Source: Lama glama (Eukaryota). Taken from it: a DNA stretch of 64,000 bases. The stretch spans positions 44,146,001-44,210,000 of the forward strand of contig CM052818.1 in assembly GCA_028534125.1 (NCBI GenBank), in the 5' to 3' direction. Positions 24,540 through 36,638 of the stretch are shown here, piece after piece (the first letter of the stretch is position 1; the number at the start of each line of letters is the position of its first letter). The notes below the pieces were generated by a model. It worked only from the letters and a program-made list of their open reading frames with translations. It was not told where the DNA came from and did not search any database. The position numbers and the translations under genes were made by a program.

Positions 24540-25370
24540 ATTAAAAAAACAAACAAAGCCGTATACAAATATATGAGAAAAGCTCTCTGGTAAAGGTAAA
24601 TACATGGACACAAATAAAAAGCAGTTTTATTGTAATTTAGGTTTGTCAGTCCACTGTTACGCCTTTATGGAACTTGAAAGACAAAAGCATAAAAAATAAA
24701 TCTATGTTCATGGCTACACAACATATAAACGTGTAGTTTGTGACATCAGTAAACTGAAGGGGGCGGGGCTGTAAGGGAGTAGAGTGTTGGAATGCAATTG
24801 AACTTCAGTTGGCATCGATTTTAAAACATTGTTACAGCTTTAGGAGGTTATGGTCAACCTCCCTAGTAACCACAAAGAAAGTACAGGATATACACAAAAG
24901 GAAATAAGGGAATCAAAATGTGTCACTATAAAAATTAACTGAACATACAGGAATGCAGTAAGGGAGGACATGAGAGACAAAAAACTACAAGACAAAGAGA
25001 AAACAAATAACAAAATGACAATAGTAAGTCCTTCCCTCCCAGTACTTACATGCAAATGGAGTATTACTTGGCCATAAAAAGGAAGGAAATTCTGGCACGT
25101 CCTACAACATGGATGGACCCTGAGGACATTATGCTAAGTGAAATAATTGAGTCACAAAAGAAAAACAGTGTATAATTCCACTTATTTGAGATACCTAAAA
25201 GAGTCAAATTCATAGAGACAGACAGTAGTTTGATAGTTGCCAGGACCTGGGGAGAGAGGGAATAAGGATTTATTGTTTAACGGGTACAATTAAACCTGGT
25301 CTTGCAAGATGAAAAGAGCTCTGGAGATGGATGGTGGTGGTCATACAGCATTGTGAATGTTCTTTATTTT
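24540..25370 (+). mobile_element. L1 (L1MB-like): inter-ORF region joined directly to the ORF2 C-terminus and 3' UTR
   Basis: Inter-ORF 'ggtaaaggtaaatacatgg', 'tagtaaccacaaagaaa'; ORF2 start 'aaaatgacaatagtaagtcctt'; then 'gccataaaaaggaaggaaattctg...acaacatggatggaccctgaggacattatgctaagtgaaataa' and a 3' UTR 'ctctggagatggatggtggtg'. Confidence 0.85.
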
Positions 25371-26019
25371 TATCATGGTTCCCATTTTACGGATCTAAAA
25401 ACTTAAGACTTAGAGTTGTTAGGGGTGTGGTGGTCCCATGGCAAGCCAGGGCCAGAGCGTGGACACACCATCAAGACCTCCATGAATAAATACCTAAACA
25501 AACTCAGAAAAATGGAACCACATTGGAATTTCATCTGTATGAGAAAGACAGTAATTCTTTTTCGTAGTATTTTGTAGGTGAGAAATTTTTTTTAGCAAAA
25601 TATAAGTTTTAGGACTTGGGAAGTATATAAACATCTCAACAAATTAATTTGAGAGATGAAAAGCCTTGAGTTCTTTTATGGCCTTATACAAACTTCCTTT
25701 TGAGTGATGAATGGCGCCATTAAGATGTTCTGTGCTTTTTACATCTTGTCAGTGAAGTTCTGTCCTGAGATATATCCGAAAAAGGGATTGCGTCTAAATA
25801 AGGTTTCTCTCTGGCAAGATACTAGCCAGGAGACCAGTTAAGAGTGGAAGTACGATGCCGTAGAATCAAAGACCAGAACAACAGAAATGGAGTCTCCTAG
25901 AGTCTGAATTGTGAGCCAAGGATGATGCTAAACTCTGGGAATACACAGACTTTGTGAAGCCCCCTGTTTATAATTTTTTGATCCTAAATTGATAAACAAT
26001 AAAGGAAAGAAAGAATCAC

Positions 26020-26300
26020 TCTAGAGTCAGGGTGCAGGATGGGTTGGAAGTAGACTAGAGGCAGGAAGGCTAAAACAACAGCCAGAATTTCATGACCTAG
26101 TCCTTATTTCAGAGAAAGGGGAAGAAAGAGAGAAGGTGGGCAAATGTTTGGAGGGGGGAGGGAGAGGAGCTCAGAGACATCATGAGTTTGAGATGCTCGG
26201 GAGTCACCCAAGAACAGAGTCTAGCAGAGAGTGACACGTGCAGGTCTGAAGCCTGGGATAAAATCTGGGCCTTGAAATAACAGTCAAGGGTCATAAGAGA
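26020..26300 (-). mobile_element. L2 fragment
   Basis: Purine-rich; 'tagactagaggcaggaaggc', 'catgagtttgagatgc'. Confidence 0.5.
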
Positions 26301-27344
26301 AAAAGTGACAGCTGTGTTCGTAAACTGTGGACGAAACTGTCTGCAGAGAACTGACCTTTCATATGACTTTGAGATGAGCACCATAATTTGCCAACATAAT
26401 CACCACAGAATATGAGAAACCCCCCACATCCTTGCAAAAGGCCGTCCCATTGGCCAGGGCCCTGCTTAAGAGCACCACGAGGATTAAGGCCTCGATGGCA
26501 GAGAGATTTGCCAGCCTTCAGTTTCTATGAATGGGTGTCAGGGAAGACAGGGTCGGGTAGAGGACCCTGAATTCCACCTTCTTTCAAATCTTCCCTCCTG
26601 TGTCCTGGCTGAGTAAAACTACAGAGCAAAAGTACCATTGATTTCGTTCCTAATTGTCTCCTAGGCCCAGCAGATAAGGAGCCTAATTAAACGTAATCTC
26701 CTTCCTCAGAAGCCACCACCTCTACCACATCTGTGAATGTGACTCTGGGCAGGCAGTCAGGTCATTCTGAGTCACTGCTCGCTTCTGAAAAATTACAATA
26801 AAATCATACTACCGTGCCCGTCCTCTGGTGTCTGAATGATGATATCTGACAGGGCAGTAGTTTATAGTTCCCAAAAGCCTGCACCTGAGGGGTGTCCACG
26901 TTGTGTCGTTGTTATAAGTGAGCACGGGCAGAGCCGTGGGCAGCGCTCCATCGACAGGAAGGGATCCAGGGGCCCCTGCCCCCCCGTCCACAGAAGACCC
27001 TCTGAAAGGCACTGCTACCATACAGCCCTCGTCAACGCCCGAAGCAGCCATCCGGTGACTGCCAGCCGCCTGCACAGAGAAAGCTATTTCGTCACGAGCC
27101 ATGTGAGAAGTCATTTGAGAAAGATATCCTCTGACCCCAAGCATCCTGTGATGAAGGATAACGTTCATTTCGGTATAATCCAGTCATGGGACCCAGCAGC
27201 TGGGCCGGAAGTGGAGGCCAATCTTACAGATGGTTGATTCAGTCTCCAAACCGTCTGCTGCTGAGCGCTGAGGCCCCACTTCATTAGTCAAGCAGGAAAC
27301 CTCCCAGGCAGCCAGAGCGGGGAGAAGCGCCCTGGCTGAGTGAA

Positions 27345-27495
27345 AAGACCACCAGACTGAGAGTCAGGGGAGCTGATCTCCCCGTCCCAGCTCCGCCACA
27401 AATGAATTACCTGGATAAATGCGGACAAGCCACTTTTTTCTTCTCTAAGCTTCAGGTTTCTCCTCTGCAGAATGAAGGATTTGAACCAGATTCTT
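27345..27495 (+). mobile_element. MIR/MIR3 fragment
   Basis: 'accagactgagagtcagggg...ctctaagcttcaggtttctcctctgcagaatga'. Confidence 0.6.
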
Positions 27496-27712
27496 TCTCA
27501 GGGAGAGGAGCTCCCCTAACTGACATCAGACGCTTCCCGGCAGTGTCTGTATTACTGGTAGTTAATGCACGATTGCCAAGGTCAGTGTCATCACCCTACT
27601 CTGTAGATGGAGATGCTAACATTCAGACAAAGCCATTTCAGCTCTACCTCTCCTGTCTTCTCCATCCCTGCCTTTCGTCTTCTCCATCTTGGTCACGTAC
27701 CTACTGCCCACT

Positions 27713-27863
27713 CAGGACCAGCTCCACGAGTACCCAACATCAGATGGGTTCTGGGCTTGGTTTCATGCTCTGCCGTCAGGTCTTGAAGTTCTCAGTAATT
27801 TTGGAAGAAGGGTCTCATAGTTTAATTTTTCACTGGGCTCCACAAATTACGTAGTGGATCCTG
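27713..27863 (+). mobile_element. hAT-Tip100 MITE (MER45A-like)
   Basis: 'caggaccagct' ... 'gcttggtttcatgctctgccgtcaggtcttgaagttctcagtaattttggaagaagggtc...cactgggctccacaaattacgtagtggatcctg'. Confidence 0.75.
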
Positions 27864-28149
27864 CCTTGGTTGTATGCTCCCTGGCAGTTGAGCCTCGGGG
27901 TGGTAGGCACTCAGGGGAACAGATCGAAGTGTCTCCTACAGGGTATGGTTCTTATTTCATGGAAACACAGTGACGTGGGCAACATGAGGTGATGGATGTG
28001 AGCCACTTAAAGTGAGTCAAGTACTTCTGGGGCAAGATGCAGGGTCAGTGGTTACAGAAAAAGAGAAAAAACTTTCCTGATCTGGGAAGAACTAAGAACT
28101 GGCTCCTTGCCTGCCTCTATTTATTACAACATCTTGGGGAAAAACTCAT

Positions 28150-28215
28150 TGTTTAAATTTTCTATATTGAAGTGTAGTCGATTTACTGTCGTGTTAGTTT
28201 CAGATGTACGCGAAG
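28150..28215 (-). mobile_element. Very short L1 3' tail (cetartiodactyl type)
   Basis: 'attgaagtgtagtcgatttactgtcgtgttagtttcagatgtac'. Confidence 0.65.
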
Positions 28216-28669
28216 TCTCTCTGTTATTGATTCAAGAAATCTGGAGCTGTATATGTGTTCAGAATCGGGGTGAGAGGCTAACTTCCTTCAAACTTTTTAT
28301 GTCTCTGAGACCTCAAGCTAGTGATCACTTGAGTAGCAGATGGGAATGGAAGACAAAGGCTAGACTCAAATGATCAGAATAAACCCTAGGGTCCTAACTG
28401 CCACCAGAATCCTTCTGATGTGACTGTCAGACATGGAGTCCAAGGTTTCCATGCAGTACCCGACACCTCATGCTGGTCTCCATCGGAGCCTCTTGCCTGC
28501 CTATGGGCCAAGAGGTGCTCTCTCTGCTGAGAGCATCAGACCCAGCTGCCCACAGATCCTGTGTGGAATCTTCAGAGGGCTTCACACCTCCCAGGCTTTA
28601 TACAGAGGGCCTGGAGTGGCCACTCAGGAAACGTACTAAAGAAAACATGTGGGTGCCCCAAGGGAGAGG

Positions 28670-28990
28670 AATATAGGAGTCCAGAGCCTTGGTTAAGAGA
28701 TCTAGGCTCTGCCAAGCACCTCGGCAAACCACTTTCTGTCTCTGGTCCTTTTATCCTCATCTACAAATGATGAGGTTGGACACAGGGGTGAAGCACTTTA
28801 GGAGATGACATGGACCTCACATGGAGGTGAGTAGCTCTGGGTTCTAATCCTGACTCCTCCTCATCTGTAGCTGTGTGACCCTGGGCGAGTTACTTCACTT
28901 CTCAAAGCCTTGCTCTCCTAAGTGACACTTTAACGTTGGGCTGATGATGTCTCTTGCACAGAGTTGCTGTGGGATGTGAATAGAATAATG
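28670..28990 (+). mobile_element. Two MIR fragments
   Basis: 'tcctcatctacaaatga'; 'ctgggttctaatcctgactc...tagctgtgtgaccctgggcgagttacttcacttctc'. Confidence 0.7.
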
Positions 28991-30409
28991 AGAGGCTTAC
29001 ATGAGGGTCCCGGTCTTGCACATGTAGGCATCCCATCTTAGAAAATGACTGCCATCCATTGAAGCTTTGAGACTTTGCCGGGGATCTGTGACTGTGAATC
29101 CCATGGTGTGTGTTCTGGTGCCCGGGACACGGTCAGTGGGAGGAGCATGCCTGGATCCAGTGCCTGTTTGGAGACCTGGCAATACGGCGGGCAGAGACCT
29201 CCATGGTTTGTGGGGAACAGTAGAGTGCTGTCGAGAAAAGGAGGCCCCAAGCCCTTCCAGCTGGATTCTGTCCTTGGCGCTCACCCTCTGGTTGGCCAAG
29301 AGTGAGCGGGCCTAGATCGCAGTGTTCGGTACCTCACAGGTCCAATCTGGGCTCCGTCTAGACAGACAGCTGGAGACCGGCAGCACAGGATGCCAAACAC
29401 TCCAGGGAGGAGGAGGTGCCTCAGCAAAAAATGTTCTCTTCCTGCCTCCGCTGACTACTGGCTTCCAGATGACAGTCAGGAGACGCTGAACGTGAGTGTG
29501 GGAGCCGAGGTCAAAATCCATAAACCACAGGAGCTGGTCTGGCTAGTGGTGATTTCTCTGTCTTGCCCACCAGCCTCCCAGGTAACAGGTAGCTCTGTGG
29601 GGCTGTGTCAGGGCAGATGGCCAAGGGGACACATCATCCTAAGGGCTCCCAGAGCAGGGCCCTGACTCTCTCAGCAGACCTTCTAACCACCAGCCTGTTT
29701 GCATCTCAGGCATCGGGAACCTCTGTCCCTCAGCTCCAGTTGGACTTTCGCTCATCTGTAGCCTCAGAAGGTACAAAGATGACTCCGTGACCTGGCCCCA
29801 GCAATCCTATCTCATCGTAAGTCTCTCTGCTTCCCACTTCATGCTTTAGACACGGGCAATACCAAATTTCACTTAGGCTCTTTCCTCTTCCTGGGAAATA
29901 ATGTCCCCATCTTCCTGGCATCCTCAGCTATCATCAGTTGGACTGAATCCTTCATTTCCCTCTAGTCTAGGTGCTGCTTTTCCACACCACCATGACTACT
30001 GGACTGTACCTCTCCTATGGGACTTCACAAAGTACCTAAAACCTCTCTCCCTCTAGACTTGAGACCAGGATATGGGTCTTATTCCTTGCAATCTTATTAC
30101 TCAATGCATAGTCAGATCTCAGCGTATAAATTTAAAAGAAAGAAAATGAAATGAAACAAAACTCCTGCAAGTTAAATTCAGTCTACCTGATCCATCCTAA
30201 ACCCTGTCCCCTGCCACTAACACTCTACGAAGTAGCCAAGTTAATGTTTGTATTACACAAAGCGAATTCTATCTCTTCCATGCTCCAAAATTTTCATTAG
30301 CTTCACAAAACTCTTAGGGTAGAGTATCCACATCGTGCCCCACAAAATCCTACTGGACCTAATCTCTGCCTATTTCACTCTTGAAAACCCTTGTTCATAT
30401 TTTTGGTTC

Positions 30410-30936
30410 TGATATCTTTCTGGCTTTGCTGTGTAACAGATCACCCCAAATCCAGTGGCTTAGTACATAATCAGTTATGACTGCTCCAGTGATTGTTGTT
30501 TTAAGCCACTGGTCTCTTCTGGACTTGCTCGTGTGTCTGCTCACCAGGTATGGGTCAGGCAAGCAGCTCTGCTGATCTGGGCTGAGTTTGCTCACATGTT
30601 AAGGAGCCGGCTTGCCGCAGGCTGGTCTAGAATGGCCTCAGAGGGACAACTAGTCTCTCCTCCATGTGGTCTCTTGGAGAGCAGGCTCCTCTTCTCTTGT
30701 TTATAGGGTGGCGTCAGGGTTCCAGAAAACTCTTCCTGAGTTTCAGGCCCATCATTGGTTTGCAAACACCTCTATCTCATTCTGTTGACCAAAGTGGATC
30801 ACAAGGCCAGTCTAGATTCAAAGAGTAGAAAAGGAGACCCCACTGTTTGATGGGAAAAGCTGCAAAGTCACATTGCAAAGGTCATCGACTCAGGAAAGGG
30901 TGAAAAACACAGCCATTTTTGCAATCAATCTACCAG
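30410..30936 (-). mobile_element. MaLR solo LTR (MLT1H-like)
   Basis: 'tgctgtgtaacagatcaccccaaatccagtggctta', 'ggctggtctagaatggcctca', 'tgatgggaaaagctgcaaagtcacattgcaaagg...ccatttttgcaatcaatctacca'. Confidence 0.85.
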
Positions 30937-31049
30937 AGACCATGATTCAGTAATTAGAAGTGAGAATCAAGCATTTGTATTTTTAGTAAGTGCCCAGATG
31001 ACTCTGCAAAGTCACTCAGGGATCAGCCTTGGAGAGGACTACTCATCCT

Positions 31050-31395
31050 CAAGTCACACCACCTCCCTTCTGTCAACTGAACACGTCCTGCTCTTTCTAG
31101 TGATGAGGTTGTGACACACACGGTTCCTGCTGCCACCTGGCACTCTTGCCCTCTACCCGAGCCTACTGAGTCCTTGTCCATGCTCTGGGTCTCAGCCTTC
31201 TGGAGTGTCCAGATGAAGTCTCCTCTTCCATTTCTATAACATCCTTCACTTTTTCTTCAGAGCACTCTTCATGATGCTGTTTGATGTCTTCCATGATAAA
31301 TGGTAAGAGCCATGAGGGCACTGGACATGTCTAATTTGCCCATCACCGTATCCACAGACACTGTCATGGTCTAGCACCTAAGGGGAGCTCCATAG
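31050..31395 (+). mobile_element. L2 3' region
   Basis: 'gtaagagccatgagggcactggacatgtctaatttgcccatcaccgtatcc'. Confidence 0.55.
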
Positions 31396-33489
31396 CTCTA
31401 AAGAGCAGAAAGGTACTGTTTTGAATTTTGTATTAGAATCCCTGTCAACTAAGGTACCTCAGAGGTCACTTTAGGAATTGCCGCCTTGGACCAGTGAAGT
31501 CAGTGATGTCATCTAGGCTGAGAGAGGACAAGATTAGAACACCAAGGCATTTGAAAGGTGAATTGTAGGGTGAATGTGTAGGTTCCCGAGAGGAGTTTGA
31601 TAACCCCAGGGAAAGGGGAGAGATGTTTCCCATCGGGGATGCTGGGGTAAAGCGTCCCAGGGCAGTAGACCTTGAGGGATGTGACCCAGGGTGGCTTAAC
31701 CAAGAAGGAAATCAAGAATTGTCTCCATGCGCAGAGCATCAGAAAAGGGGGAAAGTGAGTCTGTGGGAGGTGGCGGGAGTGGGTGTGCAGCATAGATGAG
31801 AGAACAGAGACCAGGTAGGTCCTTCATAAATATGTGTTGACGGAATAAACAATTGATGATATCAGAAGTCAAGAGGGTTGGGAGCAGATCAGGACCAGAG
31901 ACTCAGGAAAAACAAAAACAAGATAAAATCAAAGGTGTTGGAGGTCTCTTTTCTGTTTGAGGGATAAGGCTGGACATGGATGCCTGAAAGAGAGATCAAT
32001 CAGGAGGCAAGAACCCAGGAGAGAACAGGGCGGGCAGGACTCAGATCTTCTCAAAGTTGCTTCATCCGTCTGTCCCTTGGGACTTCACTGATGCTGGAAG
32101 AACACATGTAGCCCCACATCTGACATCTGCATCAAAGGCAGCAGGGCCATCTGCAGTCTGTTTACTCCTGTGCCCCATCCCCTCCCGAGCTGATCACCAT
32201 TCCACATGGACCTCCTGCAAGTGATTAGAAAGAGGACTTCTCTCACTGTGCTGCGAGGAAAAAGCAGACATCTCCCTCCAATGCCTCGTGTCATGGGAAA
32301 GCTTTGGCAGGTTCTGGGGCTGCTGTGGGGAATCTCCAACCCAGTCCCACTTGAGACCTGGTTTCTCTCAGCAACAGTAAAGAAATAAAGGAGCAAAGCC
32401 CTTCCAAAATCCCTCCACCCCCAAATCACAATCTGTACATCCAGAGAACAAAGATCTGCCAACATCTGCACCCAACACCTCATTCTTCCAGTCCCGAGAC
32501 TTTAAAGACCAGGACACATTCGCTTTTTACTGCTCGATTATAAAGGGAAGTCTTAGTTTTCTATCACACTCACTCAGCTGGAATACTTTTCACATGTTTC
32601 TCCTTTTCAAACTCTCTTTCATCTCTCAAAATAGCCACATCAATGATGCAGGTTTTCTTAAATAAGCTCCTGTCTCCTTAGGTTCTCGTTACCTGTACAG
32701 AGGGCTGAGTCATGCGGGATTCACATCATTCTTCTGGGTCAGAACTCCAGGCAGGATGCTCCCACCTCCTCCCCAGGTTCAAGCTACCCTCCTTCAGTCA
32801 CCCTGACCCCACAGGTTTTCTCATATTTTCTTGATAAGCTGAGTTGTCAGAGGAACTGTAGAGCTGCACCCAGAGGCAGTGCTAAGTGATCGCTGGTCTC
32901 CCCGAGCCAAGAAGCTGGCACAGAGGAGGATGATCCGCAGCTTGCAGTCTCTGATGACTAGTCTCACTTGGAGATGGGGATAGCAACGGCGACCACGCTG
33001 AATCATTGGGAGGGTCAGATGCATATGAAGCATCCAGAATGGAGTCTGAACAATAAGCCTTGGTTGAATGTGATTCTAGGTCGAGATGAAAAACGGATGA
33101 TGGCAGGATTCACAGGCTGTCCCGGGCGCGCCCGGAGGCATGCCTGCAGCAGGTACCACCGCCTAAAACCGTCGGAAATTAAAGTTTTGGTATCTTGAAT
33201 GATGAAGCAATTCAACCCGCGAGTTTATTTGTGCCCTAGGAAAAAAGAGAATAATAAAACCTGAGATGATGAGAGAATTCATGGGAAGTCCTGAAGGAGC
33301 GAGGTGAACTGAATTACTGCAAAGGATGCTGTGCACTCTGGGAACAGGGATTGTCTGCTACAGTTGTAAGGACTCAGTCATTATAAATGAGCTCATGGTA
33401 GAATAACCTACATAAGACCCTTGGCAAGAAGTTTTGGACGCAGAGTGCCTTTAGACATTAAGCTCAGATATAAGCAGCGTGCTTGGCAT

Positions 33490-33660
33490 ATTAGGAAGAC
33501 ATTGGACCGGGAAACAGCAGGCCTGGGTTCTAAACTGCTGCATTATCTTAAAATAGACCCTTTCTCCAGGGTCTGGCAAACTGCCTCCTTTGTAAATTGA
33601 GGAGTCAAAATGAGGCTCCTTAAAAACCATTTCCAGTGCGACTTTCTGTGACACTTTGTG
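33490..33660 (+). mobile_element. MIR3-like fragment
   Basis: 'acattggaccgggaaacagcaggcctgggttcta...ttccagtgcgactttctgtga'. Confidence 0.55.
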
Positions 33661-34125
33661 GGTCGTTCTAGTGAGCAGAAGGCTGAGGTCTCATGAGCTG
33701 GAATCACTGTAAGATAACAGACATCAGGACCTTTATCTTAGGAAGCGCATTCAAATGTAGTCGGAGGCCTTTTCAACTGGCGAGTGTGGACTGACCAGGC
33801 AAGAATGCCGCCATTTTCCATGCTTTTACCTAACTTCCATCCCCGTCCACCTCTCTGTCCTCTTACTGAAACTTCTGTCTCTGATCTCCATTTAGATGAC
33901 CATCCTTTCCACTGAGAAGCTTCTCTGCCCCTCCAAGCCCAGGTCAACTGCCTTCTCCTTTGCTTGTTTCCATAATGCCCACTAATGCCTTTTTGGCCAT
34001 ACTTACTGTGCTGAATGATGGCCTCTTACGTATCTGTATCCTCCTCTCAGCTATACGCACAATGAGGTCACAGACTCTGTTTCCCCAGCTTCCAGCACAG
34101 TGCCTGGCATATATTCTGTCTTGTT

Positions 34126-34203
34126 TGTGTGTGTGTGTGTGTGTGTCTATGTGTGTCTGTGTGTGTCTGTCTGTCTGTGTGTCTGTGTGTGTACACATGT
34201 GTG
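34126..34203. repeat. Compound (TG)n/(TCTG)n microsatellite at an L2 3' end
   Basis: TG run interrupted by TCTG units, following 'ccagcacagtgcctggcatata'. Confidence 0.95.
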
Positions 34204-35114
34204 AAATGCAAGCCAAGACCTTGGTTCAAATACTGACTCGGTCACTTACCTGGGCTCATCAGCTGCCTGTTTCCCCATCTTTTCTGTTGTCTGTACCCCC
34301 ATTGTCAATTCTCAAGATCAGGTCTTCATCATTGTTTACCTAGATTGTTTCTAGAAACTTCCTTTCGGTCTGTCCTACCTACTTCCAATGCTGCCCTTTG
34401 CTTGCTTTCAGATCATTTTCATTAAAACAATGTTATCTCTAACTTTAAAAACCTTAGAATTTATATAAAAAGTTCCAACTCCTTAGTCTAGCGTTCAAGG
34501 CTATTTATTTACCGTCTAATCTCAAATCATCTTTCCAGTCACTTCTCCCATGAACTCTGACTCACCAACATCAGACTACTTACCATTTCCTGAGTGCCTC
34601 ATCCACTGTCACGTCTCTGGGCCTTGTCTGCAGCTCTCATTTCTACCTAGGATGCCTCTCACTCCCTTTACTACCTTGAGAAATTCTTTAGGGTCACAGA
34701 GATCTTGTCTCTCCTCTTCCTCCAGCAACTACCACACTTTTATAATGGTGATAGTAATGTCTGCTTTCTCCATTCAACTGTAACTTCCTCAAGCACTGAC
34801 AAAATGTTTTTGCAGCTTCCTCTGTCCTGTGGGACTGGATGGAATGCCTATATGGCACCACATGGAAATTGGCCAATGAAAGTTTGTAGGAGGAATAAAT
34901 ATCAAAGCATGAGGGTCTAAGTGGTTAATTTCATCATGAAGGGCTTTATAATATATATATTTCCTTTTCTTTCCAATCAAGAAAATCCAGACACATTTAC
35001 AATCCCACTTTCCCATATCAGGTAAGATTTACAAACAGACTACAGCTTAAGAAGTAAATTTCTCATGAACCTAAATTGAAGGCTTGAATAAATACATGAA
35101 ACTACTGGAATAAT

Positions 35115-35450
35115 CGTCCTCAGCCTGGGCTGCCTGTTAGAATTTCCTGGGGAATTTTTAAGCCCTTGACGCCTAGACTGCATTTTTGCATTGGCAAATT
35201 TGATTATGTCCTACCAAATCAAAATCTATAGCACAAGGAACTATATTCAATAGCTTCTAATAACCTATAATGAGTAAGAATATGAAAAAGAATATATATG
35301 TATAACTGAATCACTATGCTGTACCCCAGAAACAAACATAACATTGTAAATCAACTATACTTCGATTTAAAAAAGCCTAGTTGGAATCTGGGCATCAGTA
35401 TCTTTAAAGCTCCCCAGGAGATTAGAGTGTGTAGGCAAAGTGGAAAACTA
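35115..35450. mobile_element. MER5-like hAT MITE interrupted by an L1 tail
   Basis: 'ggctgcctgttagaatttcctggggaattttta' on the left; 'tgggcatcagtatctttaaagctccccaggagatt' on the right. Confidence 0.6.
35226..35373 (+). mobile_element. 5'-truncated young L1 3' tail
   Basis: 'tatagcacaaggaactatattcaatagctt...tgtataactgaatcactatgctgtaccccagaaacaaacataacattgtaaatcaactatacttc' followed by an A tail. Confidence 0.85.
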
Positions 35451-35644
35451 GAGCTGAACAGAAAAGAGGACAGAGAGGAACTGGTGGAGAAACTGGCTTC
35501 TGTGACCAAAGCAGGGTGGATAAAGCCCAGGTTGTCAGGTTGAGTCATATTTCTTGGTTCTAGAAACTGTGGTTCTAGATCAATGATTCCCTGAACCCTG
35601 ATTTTATATTGTAATTGCCATGGGAGCAATTAAAGGATACCAAC

Positions 35645-36068
35645 TGCAATGGTAAATTGTATGTGTCAACTTGGCTAAATCATGGTTCCCAGATCTGTGT
35701 TCAAACATCATACTGGATGTTTCTGTGATGGTATTTTTATATAATATTAATATTTAAATTAGTAGACTTTGAATTAAGCAGATTGAACTCCATAATGTGG
35801 GTAAGCCTTATTTAATCAGTTGAAGACCTTAAGGGAAAATAGACTGAGGTCCCTGGAAGAAGAGAATCAGTTTCCAGCTCCCTTCAGAATCTTTCTCTAT
35901 AGATTATAGACAGAAAGATCTACATATATCTATAAATATATATGTTTAAGTGTATTTGTGTGTGTGTGTGTATATGTGTATATATATACACACATACATA
36001 TATATATAAAACATTCACACACACACATCTTATTGGTTCTATTTCTCTAGAGAAATCCAACTAATACA
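35645..36068 (+). mobile_element. ERVL solo LTR (MLT2B-like), internally deleted
   Basis: 'tatgtgtcaacttggcta', 'ccataatgtgggtaagcc', end 'ttggttctatttctctagagaaatccaactaataca'; flanks ccaac/ccaat form a candidate 5-bp TSD. Confidence 0.9.
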
Positions 36069-36273
36069 CCAATGTCTGAAGTATTGATTAGTCTGAGTTG
36101 GGACCTAGATGCTGTTATTTTAAGAAAGGTCCCCAAGTATTTCCATATGTAGTTACAGCTGAGAACCACAGTTCTAAGTGTTTCTAAATGACATCCCATT
36201 GCTAACTGGCCTCATGATTTTTTTCAATTTAAATACCTTTGCAATGAAAATTCTATCATAAGACTTTCCTTCC

Positions 36274-36638
36274 TGTTGTAGACTGAATTGTGTACCCCTC
36301 CCAAATTCATATGTTGAAGCCCTAACCACCAATGTGACTCTATTTGGAGACAGTGCCTTTGAGGAGATAGTGGACATTAGATGAAATCATAGGGTGGGGC
36401 CCTAATCCAATAGGACTGGTGTCTTTATAAGAAGAGGAAGAAACACCAAGGATGCTCACACAGAGAAAAAACCCTGAGAAGATGGTTGTCTGCTAGCTCA
36501 GGAGAGAGTCCCAAAAAAAACCAAACCCACCAACATCTTGATCTTAGACTTCCAGCCTCCAAAACTCTAAGAACTACATTTCTGTTGTTTAAACCATCCA
36601 GCCAGTGGTATTGTTACAGCAGCCCAAGCAGACTAACA
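36274..36638 (+). mobile_element. MaLR solo LTR (MLT1B-like)
   Basis: 'tgttgtagactgaattgtgt...aaattcatatgttgaagccctaacc...gacttccagcctccaaaact...ttacagcagcccaagcagactaaca'. Confidence 0.9.

Noticed and set aside
33944..34343. ORFs with THTDTQ and CVCV repeats
   Set aside because: Translations of the (TG)n microsatellite.
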